Virus record (IMG/VR): IMGVR_UViG_3300031519_006606
Location: 1-36,331 of that record
Length of the DNA stretch: 36,331 nucleotides
Reading direction: 5' to 3' (one strand)
Source of the DNA: a virus
Lineage: Duplodnaviria > Caudoviricetes
How positions within the stretch are numbered: the first letter of the stretch is position 1; each line of letters opens with the position of its first letter. Both the position numbers and the translations under genes were made by a program. The notes under the pieces are model-generated. The model did no database searches. It worked only from the letters and a program-made list of their open reading frames with translations, and had not been told where the DNA came from. Of the stretch, positions 26,130 through 35,286 are shown one piece after another.

Positions 26130-27480
26130 AAATTATGTAGTAGCTATATTTGATGATCCAAACTTTTCATCTAAGAATATGACTATACAAGAAAAACGAG
26201 CAGAAATTACAGGATTCTTTACTAGATTTAAATATTTTGGTCCTATTATATATGGTAATTCTATTAATGAAGTGTTAGATAAAGCACTTGAGCATGATGT
26301 TGACTTTTGCGTAGCACAGTCTGTAGGACATATAATAAAAGAAGGAAGTTTCTTTAGACTGCTTGAGAAATGGATGGAAAAAAAGAATTTTTTTGTTACA
26401 GGACATATTTTAGATAAAGAAATACCTAATAGTAATTGGGCAGAAGGAAACGGCTATTATGGGCTACATAAGCAATGTATATTAGTTAATTTAAATTATT
26501 ATAAAAAGTTTAATAAACCTGTATGGGGAGATGCTAAACATAAGTTAGATAAACCAGAACATTTAGCAGCAGCTAATAGACATGCTAAAGATATACATGA
26601 TGACTATACTCCTTTATCCTTAATTCCTACAGAAGAAACAAAAGTTTGTACTCCTTTAGTTAGTGGATGGAATTTTGTAAATACTAGTTTAGAAAATGGA
26701 CTTACTGTATATAACTTTCATCCTAAAGTTCGAGACGCAAAACAATTTGTTTATCCTACTAGTAGTATAGAAGATTTACAAAATCAATTATCTTGGATTA
26801 ATAATATTGTAAATTATGCACCTCAATGCGTATTTTTATGGAATACAGAAACTTATTTAGATCTTAAATACTGTAAACTAGATAAACCTATTAAAAATTT
26901 ATATACTTTAGCAGCAAGTTTTAAACCTCATATGATACTAAATACTTTTGGTTTTGAAGAAGATACTATAGTAAATTTTTATGACTACAGTAAGCCTGCA
27001 TTAGCATATAAAAATATGATGTTTAAGTATTGGGATGGAGAAGATTATCCTTCTTTTATAAATTGGGCAAGAAAACAATACTCGTTTAACGAAACACACG
27101 GTACTATGACAGAAAATGAAACGGATCAAAGTCTATGGGAACGTGAAATTAGTTGGTGGGGTAGTGAAGAAAATATTAAAGAACACTGGTATAGATATAA
27201 AAAACTAAAACATACATTTACTCATGTAGATATCTGTAAAGATCCTACATCTATAACTAACAGGATAGTAGCAGAACCTAATAGTTTAATTTGGTGGAGT
27301 AACGCATTTCATACTGTAAATGCGCACTATCTTCAAGGATTACAGGGTGTTACGAATAGTTATAGTACATGGATTAATCAAATTAAAATAAATAATCCTG
27401 ATATATGGATTTTAGGTAAAGATTTTATGGATAAGCCTATTGAAGGGAGTCAAATAAAAGATTATGTTATTAAAAGCTAA
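26107..27480 (+). CDS. Hypothetical two-domain protein
   Basis: 457-aa ORF; the C-terminal part has Rossmann-like elements (TLAAS, FYDYS, HVDI, IWWSNAF). Confidence 0.7.
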   Translation: MRKMGLNKNYVVAIFDDPNFSSKNMTIQEKRAEITGFFTRFKYFGPIIYGNSINEVLDKALEHDVDFCVAQSVGHIIKEGSFFRLLEKWMEKKNFFVTGHILDKEIPNSNWAEGNGYYGLHKQCILVNLNYYKKFNKPVWGDAKHKLDKPEHLAAANRHAKDIHDDYTPLSLIPTEETKVCTPLVSGWNFVNTSLENGLTVYNFHPKVRDAKQFVYPTSSIEDLQNQLSWINNIVNYAPQCVFLWNTETYLDLKYCKLDKPIKNLYTLAASFKPHMILNTFGFEEDTIVNFYDYSKPALAYKNMMFKYWDGEDYPSFINWARKQYSFNETHGTMTENETDQSLWEREISWWGSEENIKEHWYRYKKLKHTFTHVDICKDPTSITNRIVAEPNSLIWWSNAFHTVNAHYLQGLQGVTNSYSTWINQIKINNPDIWILGKDFMDKPIEGSQIKDYVIKS

Positions 27481-28060
27481 AACAAAACTAGAATTTAATA
27501 ATAGTTGGATACATCAATTAAAATTTGTAGAACACACTGATACAGATCTTGCAGGACATGTAGATGCTATATCTGTAAAAAGTGAATCAGGTAGTGTATT
27601 TGATTTTTATAGATCTAATCCATTAGAAAATCCTGATGATTTCAAGTATACAGCTTTATATCATAAAATACCTGCTGTACAAAAATTAGTAGATCATTTT
27701 CAGCTTCAAACTACTAGAGTAAGAATACATAGACAACTTCCGGGTCAAGAAATACCTTTACATACTGATGGTAATAATACCGCAGTAAAAGATAAAAATG
27801 ACTATATGATTAGAAGTATTACTGCGCTTACTGCAAGTAAAGATTTTACATATAAATTCATAGACACAGAAAAGAAACGTAGAGTTCAATGGCTAGAACA
27901 AGGAGAGACAATATTTTTTGATCCTGATTTAGTAGCTCATGGAATGTCAAATGAGTCAACTACAGAAACTAGATATGCTTTAGTGCAGATATTTAAGTTA
28001 TACCCAGTTACAGCTTGGGCAAGAGATTTTATAAGCACTGAAAAAGTAGTAACAATATGA
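27464..28060 (+). CDS. Aspartyl/asparaginyl beta-hydroxylase-like oxygenase
   Basis: RVRI....PG..IPLHTD ... AHGMSN....RYAL. Confidence 0.8.
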   Translation: MLLKAKTKLEFNNSWIHQLKFVEHTDTDLAGHVDAISVKSESGSVFDFYRSNPLENPDDFKYTALYHKIPAVQKLVDHFQLQTTRVRIHRQLPGQEIPLHTDGNNTAVKDKNDYMIRSITALTASKDFTYKFIDTEKKRRVQWLEQGETIFFDPDLVAHGMSNESTTETRYALVQIFKLYPVTAWARDFISTEKVVTI

Positions 28061-28344
28061 ATATAGACTTTGGTACCGCATTTCACAAACCAAATGGTAA
28101 TGCAGTAAAAGTAACTATTAACGAATTTAGAGATAAACTATATCTACATATAAGAGATTATACAATGGATGGGGATACAGGACAGTGGTTTCCTACTAAA
28201 ACAGGATTTTCTATTCCAGCAGATGAAGTTAGCTCTCTAATACCTCTTTTAAATGATGCTGCAGAAGCTGTTGCTCAGAGGTATATATGGAATAATCAAT
28301 TAGAATTGGAATTTGAAGAATTGGAGAATGAATATGAGTATTAA
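28057..28344 (+). CDS. PC4/p15-like single-stranded DNA-binding protein
   Basis: VTINEFRDKLYLHIRDY......WFPTKTG.SIP. Confidence 0.9.
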   Translation: MNIDFGTAFHKPNGNAVKVTINEFRDKLYLHIRDYTMDGDTGQWFPTKTGFSIPADEVSSLIPLLNDAAEAVAQRYIWNNQLELEFEELENEYEY

Positions 28345-28642
28345 AGCTTGGAATGATGAACAGGAAGTTGAACTAACTAAACTGTATATAGAAGAAGGAA
28401 TCAAAGATGTACATGAACTAGCAGCTATCTTTGAAAAAGGTTATAGAAGTGTAATAAGTAAATTAGTACAGCTTAAGATATATGAAAAACCTGAGCTTGA
28501 AGAGGAAGATAAGTCTTTAACTGTAAAAGTTATGCTGAGAGAGCTAGAAGAAATTTTAGGTGTAGAAGTAATAGGAACTAATTTAAATAAAAAAGAAAAT
28601 TTAAGTAAGTTACTTGATGCCATTAAAAAGAAGATCGGCTAA
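28334..28642 (+). CDS. T5 D3-like putative DNA-binding protein
   Basis: W..EQ...L...Y.......ELA....K..RSVISKL....Y pattern; GGAG before ATG 28334. Confidence 0.55.
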   Translation: MSIKAWNDEQEVELTKLYIEEGIKDVHELAAIFEKGYRSVISKLVQLKIYEKPELEEEDKSLTVKVMLRELEEILGVEVIGTNLNKKENLSKLLDAIKKKIG

Positions 28643-29172
28643 TGGGAACACTTAAAGCAGGTGTTGGATTAATATATGAGCGAGTAGATAATATCATATA
28701 TGGTAGATATCCAGGAAAAATAGATAGATGGGAAGTAGGAAGAACAGATATGAAACCAATATCACCAAATGATATAGTACCAGAACGACAGTCAATAGGT
28801 TGGGATTCTGCTGCTGGACATGGTCATAACCAATACACAAAAGAAGAAATTGAAGCATTAGGTATTAAAGTAGTAGAAGAACAAGTTATTCCTGATCAAA
28901 CTAATATATATAAGTTTAGTGAGGATAAACTAATAGAAGAGTTTACAGACTATATTGATAGTACTTATGCAGCACACTATAATACTAATAAAATTCAATC
29001 TATGGAAAATATTATAGATAAAGGTCATGGTACTGGATTCTGTATGGGAAATGTAGATAAGTATGCAAGTAGATATTTAAACAAAGGTACGAGAGAAGAT
29101 GCTCGTAAAGATCTAATGAAGGTGTTACACTACGCACTTCTTCAATTACATATACATGATAATAATTTATAA
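28642..29172 (+). CDS. DUF3310-family protein (T7 gp1.7 nucleotide-kinase-related) with N-terminal extension
   Basis: HY....IQ....I......GFC.GN..KY..RY..KG......DL.K..HY. Confidence 0.8.
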   Translation: MGTLKAGVGLIYERVDNIIYGRYPGKIDRWEVGRTDMKPISPNDIVPERQSIGWDSAAGHGHNQYTKEEIEALGIKVVEEQVIPDQTNIYKFSEDKLIEEFTDYIDSTYAAHYNTNKIQSMENIIDKGHGTGFCMGNVDKYASRYLNKGTREDARKDLMKVLHYALLQLHIHDNNL

Positions 29173-29181
29173 GGACTAATC

Positions 29182-29493
29182 ATGAAGTATATCGTAGATA
29201 TTGACGGCACTATCTGTCATGCACATCAATTACCCAGTGGCAAATGGGACTATGAAAATCATGTACCAATTATGGGTCGTATTTTTAGAATAAATAGACT
29301 ATATGATGAGGGACATACTATTAAATATATGACTGCTCGAGGAGCAGTTAGTGGTATTAATTACTATGAAATGACTAAAAGTCAATTAGATAGTTGGGGT
29401 TGTAAATATCACGAATTGTCAGTTGGTGAGAAAGAACATTACGATATCTGGGTAGATGATAAAGCTCACAACTCGGAAGAATTTTTCAAATGA
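29182..29493 (+). CDS. Small HAD-superfamily phosphatase
   Basis: VDIDGTIC, TARG, WVDDK. Confidence 0.85.
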   Translation: MKYIVDIDGTICHAHQLPSGKWDYENHVPIMGRIFRINRLYDEGHTIKYMTARGAVSGINYYEMTKSQLDSWGCKYHELSVGEKEHYDIWVDDKAHNSEEFFK

Positions 29494-29978
29494 CAACTAG
29501 TATGCGATGGTTTAGTTCTGAATGGCAGACTCAAGAAGTTGACGAAACTGTAGTTAACAGGGTATTAGCAGCTAAAAATGTATTAGATATTGGTTGTGGG
29601 CATAATCCTTATAAAAAATTTGCTACAGGTAAATTTACAGGAATTGATGTTTATATTGATACAGCTGATGAACATATGGATTTTCTAAACTTTAGGACAC
29701 AAGAAAAATATGATCTCATAATTGCTTATGGAGTTTTTCACTTTCATACTTTAGATTTAATAGACATACAACTTAAAAAAGCTATGAAACTACTTACTCC
29801 AGACGGTGTAATGTGTATGAAAGTAAATCCAAATCTTCCTAACTTTGATGGATCTGTTCTACCATGGTACAATAAATGGACAAAACCTCTTGCTAATCAC
29901 TATGGGGAAGTATATAGTAAAAAAATTAACAATATGAGGGAAAGTACTCGTGGTAGATTTAAATGGGAATATGAATAG
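29490..29978 (+). CDS. Class I SAM-dependent methyltransferase
   Basis: VLDIGCG, GID, YDLIIAYG..HF. Confidence 0.85.
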   Translation: MTTSMRWFSSEWQTQEVDETVVNRVLAAKNVLDIGCGHNPYKKFATGKFTGIDVYIDTADEHMDFLNFRTQEKYDLIIAYGVFHFHTLDLIDIQLKKAMKLLTPDGVMCMKVNPNLPNFDGSVLPWYNKWTKPLANHYGEVYSKKINNMRESTRGRFKWEYE

Positions 29979-29984
29979 GTAACA

Positions 29985-31508
29985 ATGGACTATTATGTTG
30001 TAGTATTACTATTAGGTGTTTTTTATGGATTTTTTGTAGGACTCATTCCTGTAGCAGGAGCTACAACTGGTTTAATTGCAGTATACAGTTTTGTAGGTTA
30101 CTTCCATGATCCATATATGCTAGTAGTTTTTACAACAGCCGTTGTAGTTACCAGTAGTATCGGCGACACGTTCTGTGGCGTAGTTATGAACGTACCAGGA
30201 GCAGGCGGCGCTGCAGCAACAATGGTTGACGGATTTCCTATGAGTAGACGTGGTGAAGCAGCTAGAGCACTCAGTGCCGCAATTAGTACAAGTTGGATTA
30301 ATGGTCTTATATGGGGACTGTTAGTTTTTTTGTTCTTACCCTACTACACTAAAATAGTTCTATATTTTGGTACAGCTGAGATGTTTGCGTTCTTGATTTT
30401 TGCAATGACTTGTGTTATATTTATCAGTAGTAAATATTGGTTTAGAGGAGTTATCGCACTTGTTGTAGGAGTTATACTAGGACTAGTAGGTATGGACCCA
30501 GATACAGCCGCACAGCGTTGGATCACAGTGATTCCACAGTTTGATTTCAATACTTGGACATTATGGTTTGCTGATTGGGAGTATATCGAAGACGGTATTC
30601 AAATGATCCCAGTAATGGCAGGTGTGCTAGCGTTCCCAGAACTAGTAAGCGCATACAGAATGAAAGCTACAAAAATTAGTTTAACCAAAGGTGATATAGT
30701 TGCACAGTTAATACAAGGCATTAAAGATACTTGGAAATACAAGTGGGATGGACTACGTGGCGGTTTTATTGGCGGCTTTGTGGGACTAGTACCAGGTATT
30801 GGCGGCAATATAGCTGATTGGTTTGCATATAGTCAAACAGTTGCATTATCACGTAAACCAGGTAAAGGTGCTGAAGCTAATGGCGAAAAGTATCCAGTAG
30901 GACAAGGCAACGTACAAGGTGTAATTGGTTGTGAAGGCGCTAACAATGCACAAAAAGCTACAAGCTATGTTCCTACTATTCTGTTTGGTATTCCTGGAGC
31001 ACCATTTGAAGTTATTGTAATGGGTCTGCTTATGTATGTTGGACTTGAACTGGGTAGCCCAGCAGTATTAGAAGACGGGGTGTTCTTTGATCATCTACTA
31101 AGCAGTTATATGTTAAGTTTATTAATTATTTTACCAATTAGTTACGGATTTATTCGTTATGCGGTGTATATTACAAACATCCCATTCAAGTATTACTTCT
31201 GGCCTATTATGGCAAGTCTAGTATGGACTACATCACAGTATACAGGATTCTTTGACGATTATCTTATGTTCTTTATGTGTTGTGTAGTGGGACTAGTTAT
31301 GAAGTATTTTAAATTTAGTCGGATAAGTTTCCTAATAGGATTTATATTATCACACAGACTTGAAGCAAGTTGGGTACAGTTTAATACATTCGGTTATGGA
31401 TGGGAAGAACTACTACTTGCGCCATTCCCTGCCACATTTATTGCACTAGCGATAATTGCGGCAATTTGGGGAATATTCTTTAACAAAGTTAGAATTGACT
31501 TTGTATAA
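29985..31508 (+). CDS. tctA: Tripartite tricarboxylate transporter large membrane subunit
   Basis: Polytopic; G..VGLIP..G, N.PG...AAAT.VDGFPM..RG, GLVPGIG, E.ANNA, PT..FGIPG. Confidence 0.9.
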   Translation: MDYYVVVLLLGVFYGFFVGLIPVAGATTGLIAVYSFVGYFHDPYMLVVFTTAVVVTSSIGDTFCGVVMNVPGAGGAAATMVDGFPMSRRGEAARALSAAISTSWINGLIWGLLVFLFLPYYTKIVLYFGTAEMFAFLIFAMTCVIFISSKYWFRGVIALVVGVILGLVGMDPDTAAQRWITVIPQFDFNTWTLWFADWEYIEDGIQMIPVMAGVLAFPELVSAYRMKATKISLTKGDIVAQLIQGIKDTWKYKWDGLRGGFIGGFVGLVPGIGGNIADWFAYSQTVALSRKPGKGAEANGEKYPVGQGNVQGVIGCEGANNAQKATSYVPTILFGIPGAPFEVIVMGLLMYVGLELGSPAVLEDGVFFDHLLSSYMLSLLIILPISYGFIRYAVYITNIPFKYYFWPIMASLVWTTSQYTGFFDDYLMFFMCCVVGLVMKYFKFSRISFLIGFILSHRLEASWVQFNTFGYGWEELLLAPFPATFIALAIIAAIWGIFFNKVRIDFV

Positions 31509-31532
31509 CGCATCAATATAGGAGAACGATAG

Positions 31533-32600
31533 ATGCACATAAGAAATATTTTAATGAGTACAGTAACAGCTGTAGTAATGACTGCAACAGCAGCTTTTTC
31601 AGAAATCACAGTTGTCAATCCACAAAAGCCAGGTGGTGGTACTACTGTATGGACTGAGATTATTATGAAAGAACTTACAAAGCATTTAGGCGAACGCATT
31701 GTACTACGTAATATCCCAGGAGCAAGAGATATTCCCGGAATTAATAAATGGCATAATGATCTACGCTTTGACGATAATACAATCGTAGTTACCCATGGAG
31801 GTAATGGTGTATCATTCTTACAAGAAAATGTAGACTATAACTATGCAGATTATGATTCAATTGGTCTTATGAACCTAAATATTATTATGGGTAAAGTAAA
31901 AGGCGCTGATATGGATAAACCTGTATTTGCAGGCACATCAGGAGCAGTCCCAGAAGCATTTGCTATGGCTATGATGATTTGTGGCCCTGATCAGACAATG
32001 GATCAGTATATTAAGTGTTTTGGAGAAAATGTACGTTGGGTAAAAGGTATGAGCGGTGGAGAACGTCGTTTAGCATTTAAACGTGGTGATCTAACAGGCT
32101 CGCGTGAAAATCCTGCAACATATGCAATTCATATTGAACCAGATGAAAATGCAGAACTATGGTTTCATCACGGCTTGCTTGATCCAGTAACAGGTAAGCA
32201 CGTAGACGATCCAAACTTTCCTGGTGCTCAGTTTGAAATTCAATTTAAAGAGCGTTATGGTGTAGAACCAAGTGGTGAGTTTTATGATGCATATGTACTT
32301 GTTAAATCATTTCGTGATGGGTTGCAAAAAGCAATTTGGATTAATAAAGGCAACCCAGAACTTAAAGATAGAATTGTAGCAGCTATGCGTAAAATGGCAA
32401 GTGATCCAGAATCTGTAGCAGCTATAGAAGCAAAGAATGGTAAGTATGATTGGTATATTGGTGAAGATGGAGACCAAATGCGTGATACTCTTATGACATT
32501 TATTACAGAAGATGCTCTTCGTAATTTAGTTAGATTTAATACAGAAGCATTAGGATTAAACTCTGTGTTAAAAGAAAATCTATTTCCTCAAAATCGTTAA
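31533..32600 (+). CDS. Tripartite tricarboxylate transporter substrate-binding protein (TctC/Bug-like)
   Basis: Signal peptide, NPQKPGGGT, RNIPGA, G..GG.....AF.RG; adjacent to tctA. Confidence 0.8.
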   Translation: MHIRNILMSTVTAVVMTATAAFSEITVVNPQKPGGGTTVWTEIIMKELTKHLGERIVLRNIPGARDIPGINKWHNDLRFDDNTIVVTHGGNGVSFLQENVDYNYADYDSIGLMNLNIIMGKVKGADMDKPVFAGTSGAVPEAFAMAMMICGPDQTMDQYIKCFGENVRWVKGMSGGERRLAFKRGDLTGSRENPATYAIHIEPDENAELWFHHGLLDPVTGKHVDDPNFPGAQFEIQFKERYGVEPSGEFYDAYVLVKSFRDGLQKAIWINKGNPELKDRIVAAMRKMASDPESVAAIEAKNGKYDWYIGEDGDQMRDTLMTFITEDALRNLVRFNTEALGLNSVLKENLFPQNR

Positions 32601-32605
32601 TACAT

Positions 32606-32632
32606 AAAAGAGGGGACAGTATCTGTCCCCTC
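32606..32632. terminator. Stem-loop after the TctC-like gene
   Basis: 10-bp stem GAGGGGACAG-TAT-CTGTCCCCTC (32610-32632); U-tract only in the minus orientation. Confidence 0.6.
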
Positions 32633-32649
32633 AACTACAGGAGAATAAT

Positions 32650-33324
32650 ATGGAAAGTAACTGGGAAAAAACAGCACCAAGAACAAATTATCATTTTGAT
32701 GCATTTAAAAATGATCCAGCATATGATGGTATGCGTTATATAGGAAAATTTGTAGGTGATTGGAGCAATGAATTAAAACAAACTATTGACAATAGTAAAG
32801 AAATTACTTGGCGTACTAGAAATCCTCTTGATAATCCAGAAGGATTTAGTGAAGACTATGTAGCAGAAGAACTTGACCTGACTAAAACAGGTGCTCCAAC
32901 AGATCTTGTACTAACTAATTTGGAGTATACTTTACTTCCTATATTTGATCGTATGGTAGATGCATTACATTTACTACCTGGAGAAGATAGATCTATACAA
33001 AAACGTATACATGTACAGCATCCAGGACAAGTATGGAATCTACATATTGATAAATTAGAAAAGTGGCATAAAAATGAACCACATAAAGTATACCGTTTTA
33101 TGGTTATGCTTAATGATTGGGAACCAGGCCACTTTATACAGTATGGTAACTATATACATACAGGTTATCGTGCAGGTGAAATTTATAGTTTTGATTGGTA
33201 TAACTCACCACACTGCACAGCTAATGCAGGACGTGGACCACGTAGTACGTTATTAGTTACTGGCGTAGCCACACAGAAAATGCATATGTTATTTTCAAAA
33301 TATGATAATAAAATAGAAATATGA
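32650..33324 (+). CDS. 2OG-Fe(II)/cupin oxygenase-like protein
   Basis: HVQHPGQVWNLHID ... PHCTANAG..PR. Confidence 0.75.
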   Translation: MESNWEKTAPRTNYHFDAFKNDPAYDGMRYIGKFVGDWSNELKQTIDNSKEITWRTRNPLDNPEGFSEDYVAEELDLTKTGAPTDLVLTNLEYTLLPIFDRMVDALHLLPGEDRSIQKRIHVQHPGQVWNLHIDKLEKWHKNEPHKVYRFMVMLNDWEPGHFIQYGNYIHTGYRAGEIYSFDWYNSPHCTANAGRGPRSTLLVTGVATQKMHMLFSKYDNKIEI

Positions 33325-33953
33325 AACAACTGACAATAGCAGTTGGCCCACAAGGAAGCGGAAATCATCTGTATGCAAAACTATTCGGTAGTAATAAAAA
33401 TATCTATGGGTGGCAGAGTTTACAAGAAAAATACTGGGAAGGGCATGACATGGAGCCTTTCTCAGACTATTGGCAGAATCCTGAATTTTTATTAGATTTT
33501 GATACTTCTACACATGATTATTTCTATACAAGTATGGGGTGTCCTTATGTATTTGATGGAGAAACACTAATACCTGACTTTGAAACTTTTCATTATTATG
33601 CTGCACAAGTATTTGATAATGTTAATTATATAATTATAGGTAGGGACAAAAATATACTACGGCACCAGCAAAGCAGAGTAAGAAATAACATTACTTTCCC
33701 GAAACTTATTAAAGAATTAGACTTTTTTTTAACTAAGTCTCATGTATTTGTTAGTCAAGAACTTATATACTTATATGGTATAAAGTATCTTAATAGTATT
33801 GAGGACTCATTAGATATTCCTCGTAATAATAATATAGATAAAATTAATGAAATATTAATAGAAGATCAAAATTATAAATATATGCAGTATGTAGAGTATA
33901 CAGAACTTGATGATTTAGTAAAACTTGCCAGTAAAGAACGAGGCGGACTTTAA
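33321..33953 (+). CDS. Sulfotransferase-like / P-loop protein
   Basis: AVGPQGSGNHL, IIIGRD. Confidence 0.5.
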   Translation: MKQLTIAVGPQGSGNHLYAKLFGSNKNIYGWQSLQEKYWEGHDMEPFSDYWQNPEFLLDFDTSTHDYFYTSMGCPYVFDGETLIPDFETFHYYAAQVFDNVNYIIIGRDKNILRHQQSRVRNNITFPKLIKELDFFLTKSHVFVSQELIYLYGIKYLNSIEDSLDIPRNNNIDKINEILIEDQNYKYMQYVEYTELDDLVKLASKERGGL

Positions 33954-33955
33954 TA

Positions 33956-34624
33956 TTGGAAGATATAGAAAAATTTATTGGTGCACAGAGATCATTAGTT
34001 AGTAATAATTATTTTAGTAAATTTTTAAATACAGTTACTAATCAAATTATCATAGAGTACCGATCAAGATCTGGAGGTAATTTAGTACAAAGAATTATAG
34101 CTAGTGATTTAAAAAATATATATTGGGATAAATTTATTAATAATTCTACAGAAGATAGTATAGATCCTATATATTGGCCTATAAACGGTTTTCGTCCTCA
34201 AATACCTCACACAATATCACCAAAAGATCAACAATTACACACTTGTCATACAGGTGGTAGTTTAATGCATATGGGAGATAGGGAAGAACTTACATCTTTA
34301 TTATCTTTAGTAAAAAAAGCAGAAAAAGTAAATAAAAGATTAATTATTAGATCCCATAATAAATTACGCAAGTATAATAAAAATATGACAATAGTAAGAG
34401 TGGTAGGTAATAAAAAACAACTAGGAAGAAACTTACAAACATTAAAAGAGTTCTTTGAACCTGTAAATGAACCTAATACACATAATATAAACATAAATAA
34501 ATTAGTATCAGAAGACTATGAATTATTTTTATGTGAATATACTAATTTATGTAAATTTTTAAATATAAATATGAATACACATAAGGTAAGAAAATTTATA
34601 GAAGAATGGGTTGCAAGACAATAA
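33956..34624 (+). CDS. Sulfotransferase-like protein (tandem paralog 1)
   Basis: IIEYRSRSGGNLVQRII, IIRSH; TTG start. Confidence 0.55.
   Translation: MEDIEKFIGAQRSLVSNNYFSKFLNTVTNQIIIEYRSRSGGNLVQRIIASDLKNIYWDKFINNSTEDSIDPIYWPINGFRPQIPHTISPKDQQLHTCHTGGSLMHMGDREELTSLLSLVKKAEKVNKRLIIRSHNKLRKYNKNMTIVRVVGNKKQLGRNLQTLKEFFEPVNEPNTHNININKLVSEDYELFLCEYTNLCKFLNINMNTHKVRKFIEEWVARQ
34068..34108 (+). repeat. 41-bp exact direct repeat, copy 1 (copy 2 at 34695-34735)
   Basis: GATCTGGAGGTAATTTAGTACAAAGAATTATAGCTAGTGAT in both paralogs. Confidence 0.95.
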
Positions 34625-34627
34625 AAT

Positions 34628-35239
34628 ATGACACCTTCTAGAAATATTTTAAAAAAATTAGAAAATAAAGCAATTATAGTAGAGTATATAAGAGGATCTG
34701 GAGGTAATTTAGTACAAAGAATTATAGCTAGTGATAATAAATTTTATTGGGATGCTGATATAAATAATAGTTTTACTAAAGAGAGTGATCCTATATATTG
34801 GCCAAAAAAAGGATTTATACCTCAACAAAAGTATGTAAATAATAGTGCTTGTGAAAGTGATTATTCATTTTTTGAGGTAGTAGTGTACACAACAAAAGGA
34901 AAAAGTTTATTGCTAAAAGCTTTAAAAGATAATAAAATGTTTTCTTTTAAGTCACATGATAGCTTAAGGCATTTAAACAATAATATAAAAATAATTAGAA
35001 TTGTAGGTATAAACAAACGTGAAGATAGACCTATAATATACAAAACTCACCCTTTTAAAGAATTTTATAAACCTGTTACACATCCCAATACTTATAATAT
35101 AAATATAAATAATTTAACTAGTAAAGATTATAAACTATTTAAAATAGAATATTTAGCATTATGTAGAAATTTAAAACTAACACCTAACGTAAAACCTGTA
35201 AGAAATTTTATTTTAGAATGGATATCTAGACAACAATAA
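34628..35239 (+). CDS. Sulfotransferase-like protein (tandem paralog 2)
   Basis: IVEYIRGSGGNLVQRII, FKSH. Confidence 0.55.
   Translation: MTPSRNILKKLENKAIIVEYIRGSGGNLVQRIIASDNKFYWDADINNSFTKESDPIYWPKKGFIPQQKYVNNSACESDYSFFEVVVYTTKGKSLLLKALKDNKMFSFKSHDSLRHLNNNIKIIRIVGINKREDRPIIYKTHPFKEFYKPVTHPNTYNININNLTSKDYKLFKIEYLALCRNLKLTPNVKPVRNFILEWISRQQ
34695..34735 (+). repeat. 41-bp exact direct repeat, copy 2
   Basis: Identical to 34068-34108. Confidence 0.95.
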
Positions 35240-35251
35240 GTAATTATAAAC

Positions 35252-35280
35252 TTTCCCAATGCTTATTTTTGTTCTATATT
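35252..35280 (+). promoter_or_regulatory. Putative promoter for the ligase gene
   Basis: TTTCCC-N17-TATATT, 6 nt before the ATG; -35 is weak. Confidence 0.4.
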
Positions 35281-35286
35281 CATAAT

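Noticed and set aside
31394-31699. Possible tctB between tctA and tctC
   Set aside because: Wrong strand and overlapping both genes; the real gap is only 24 nt
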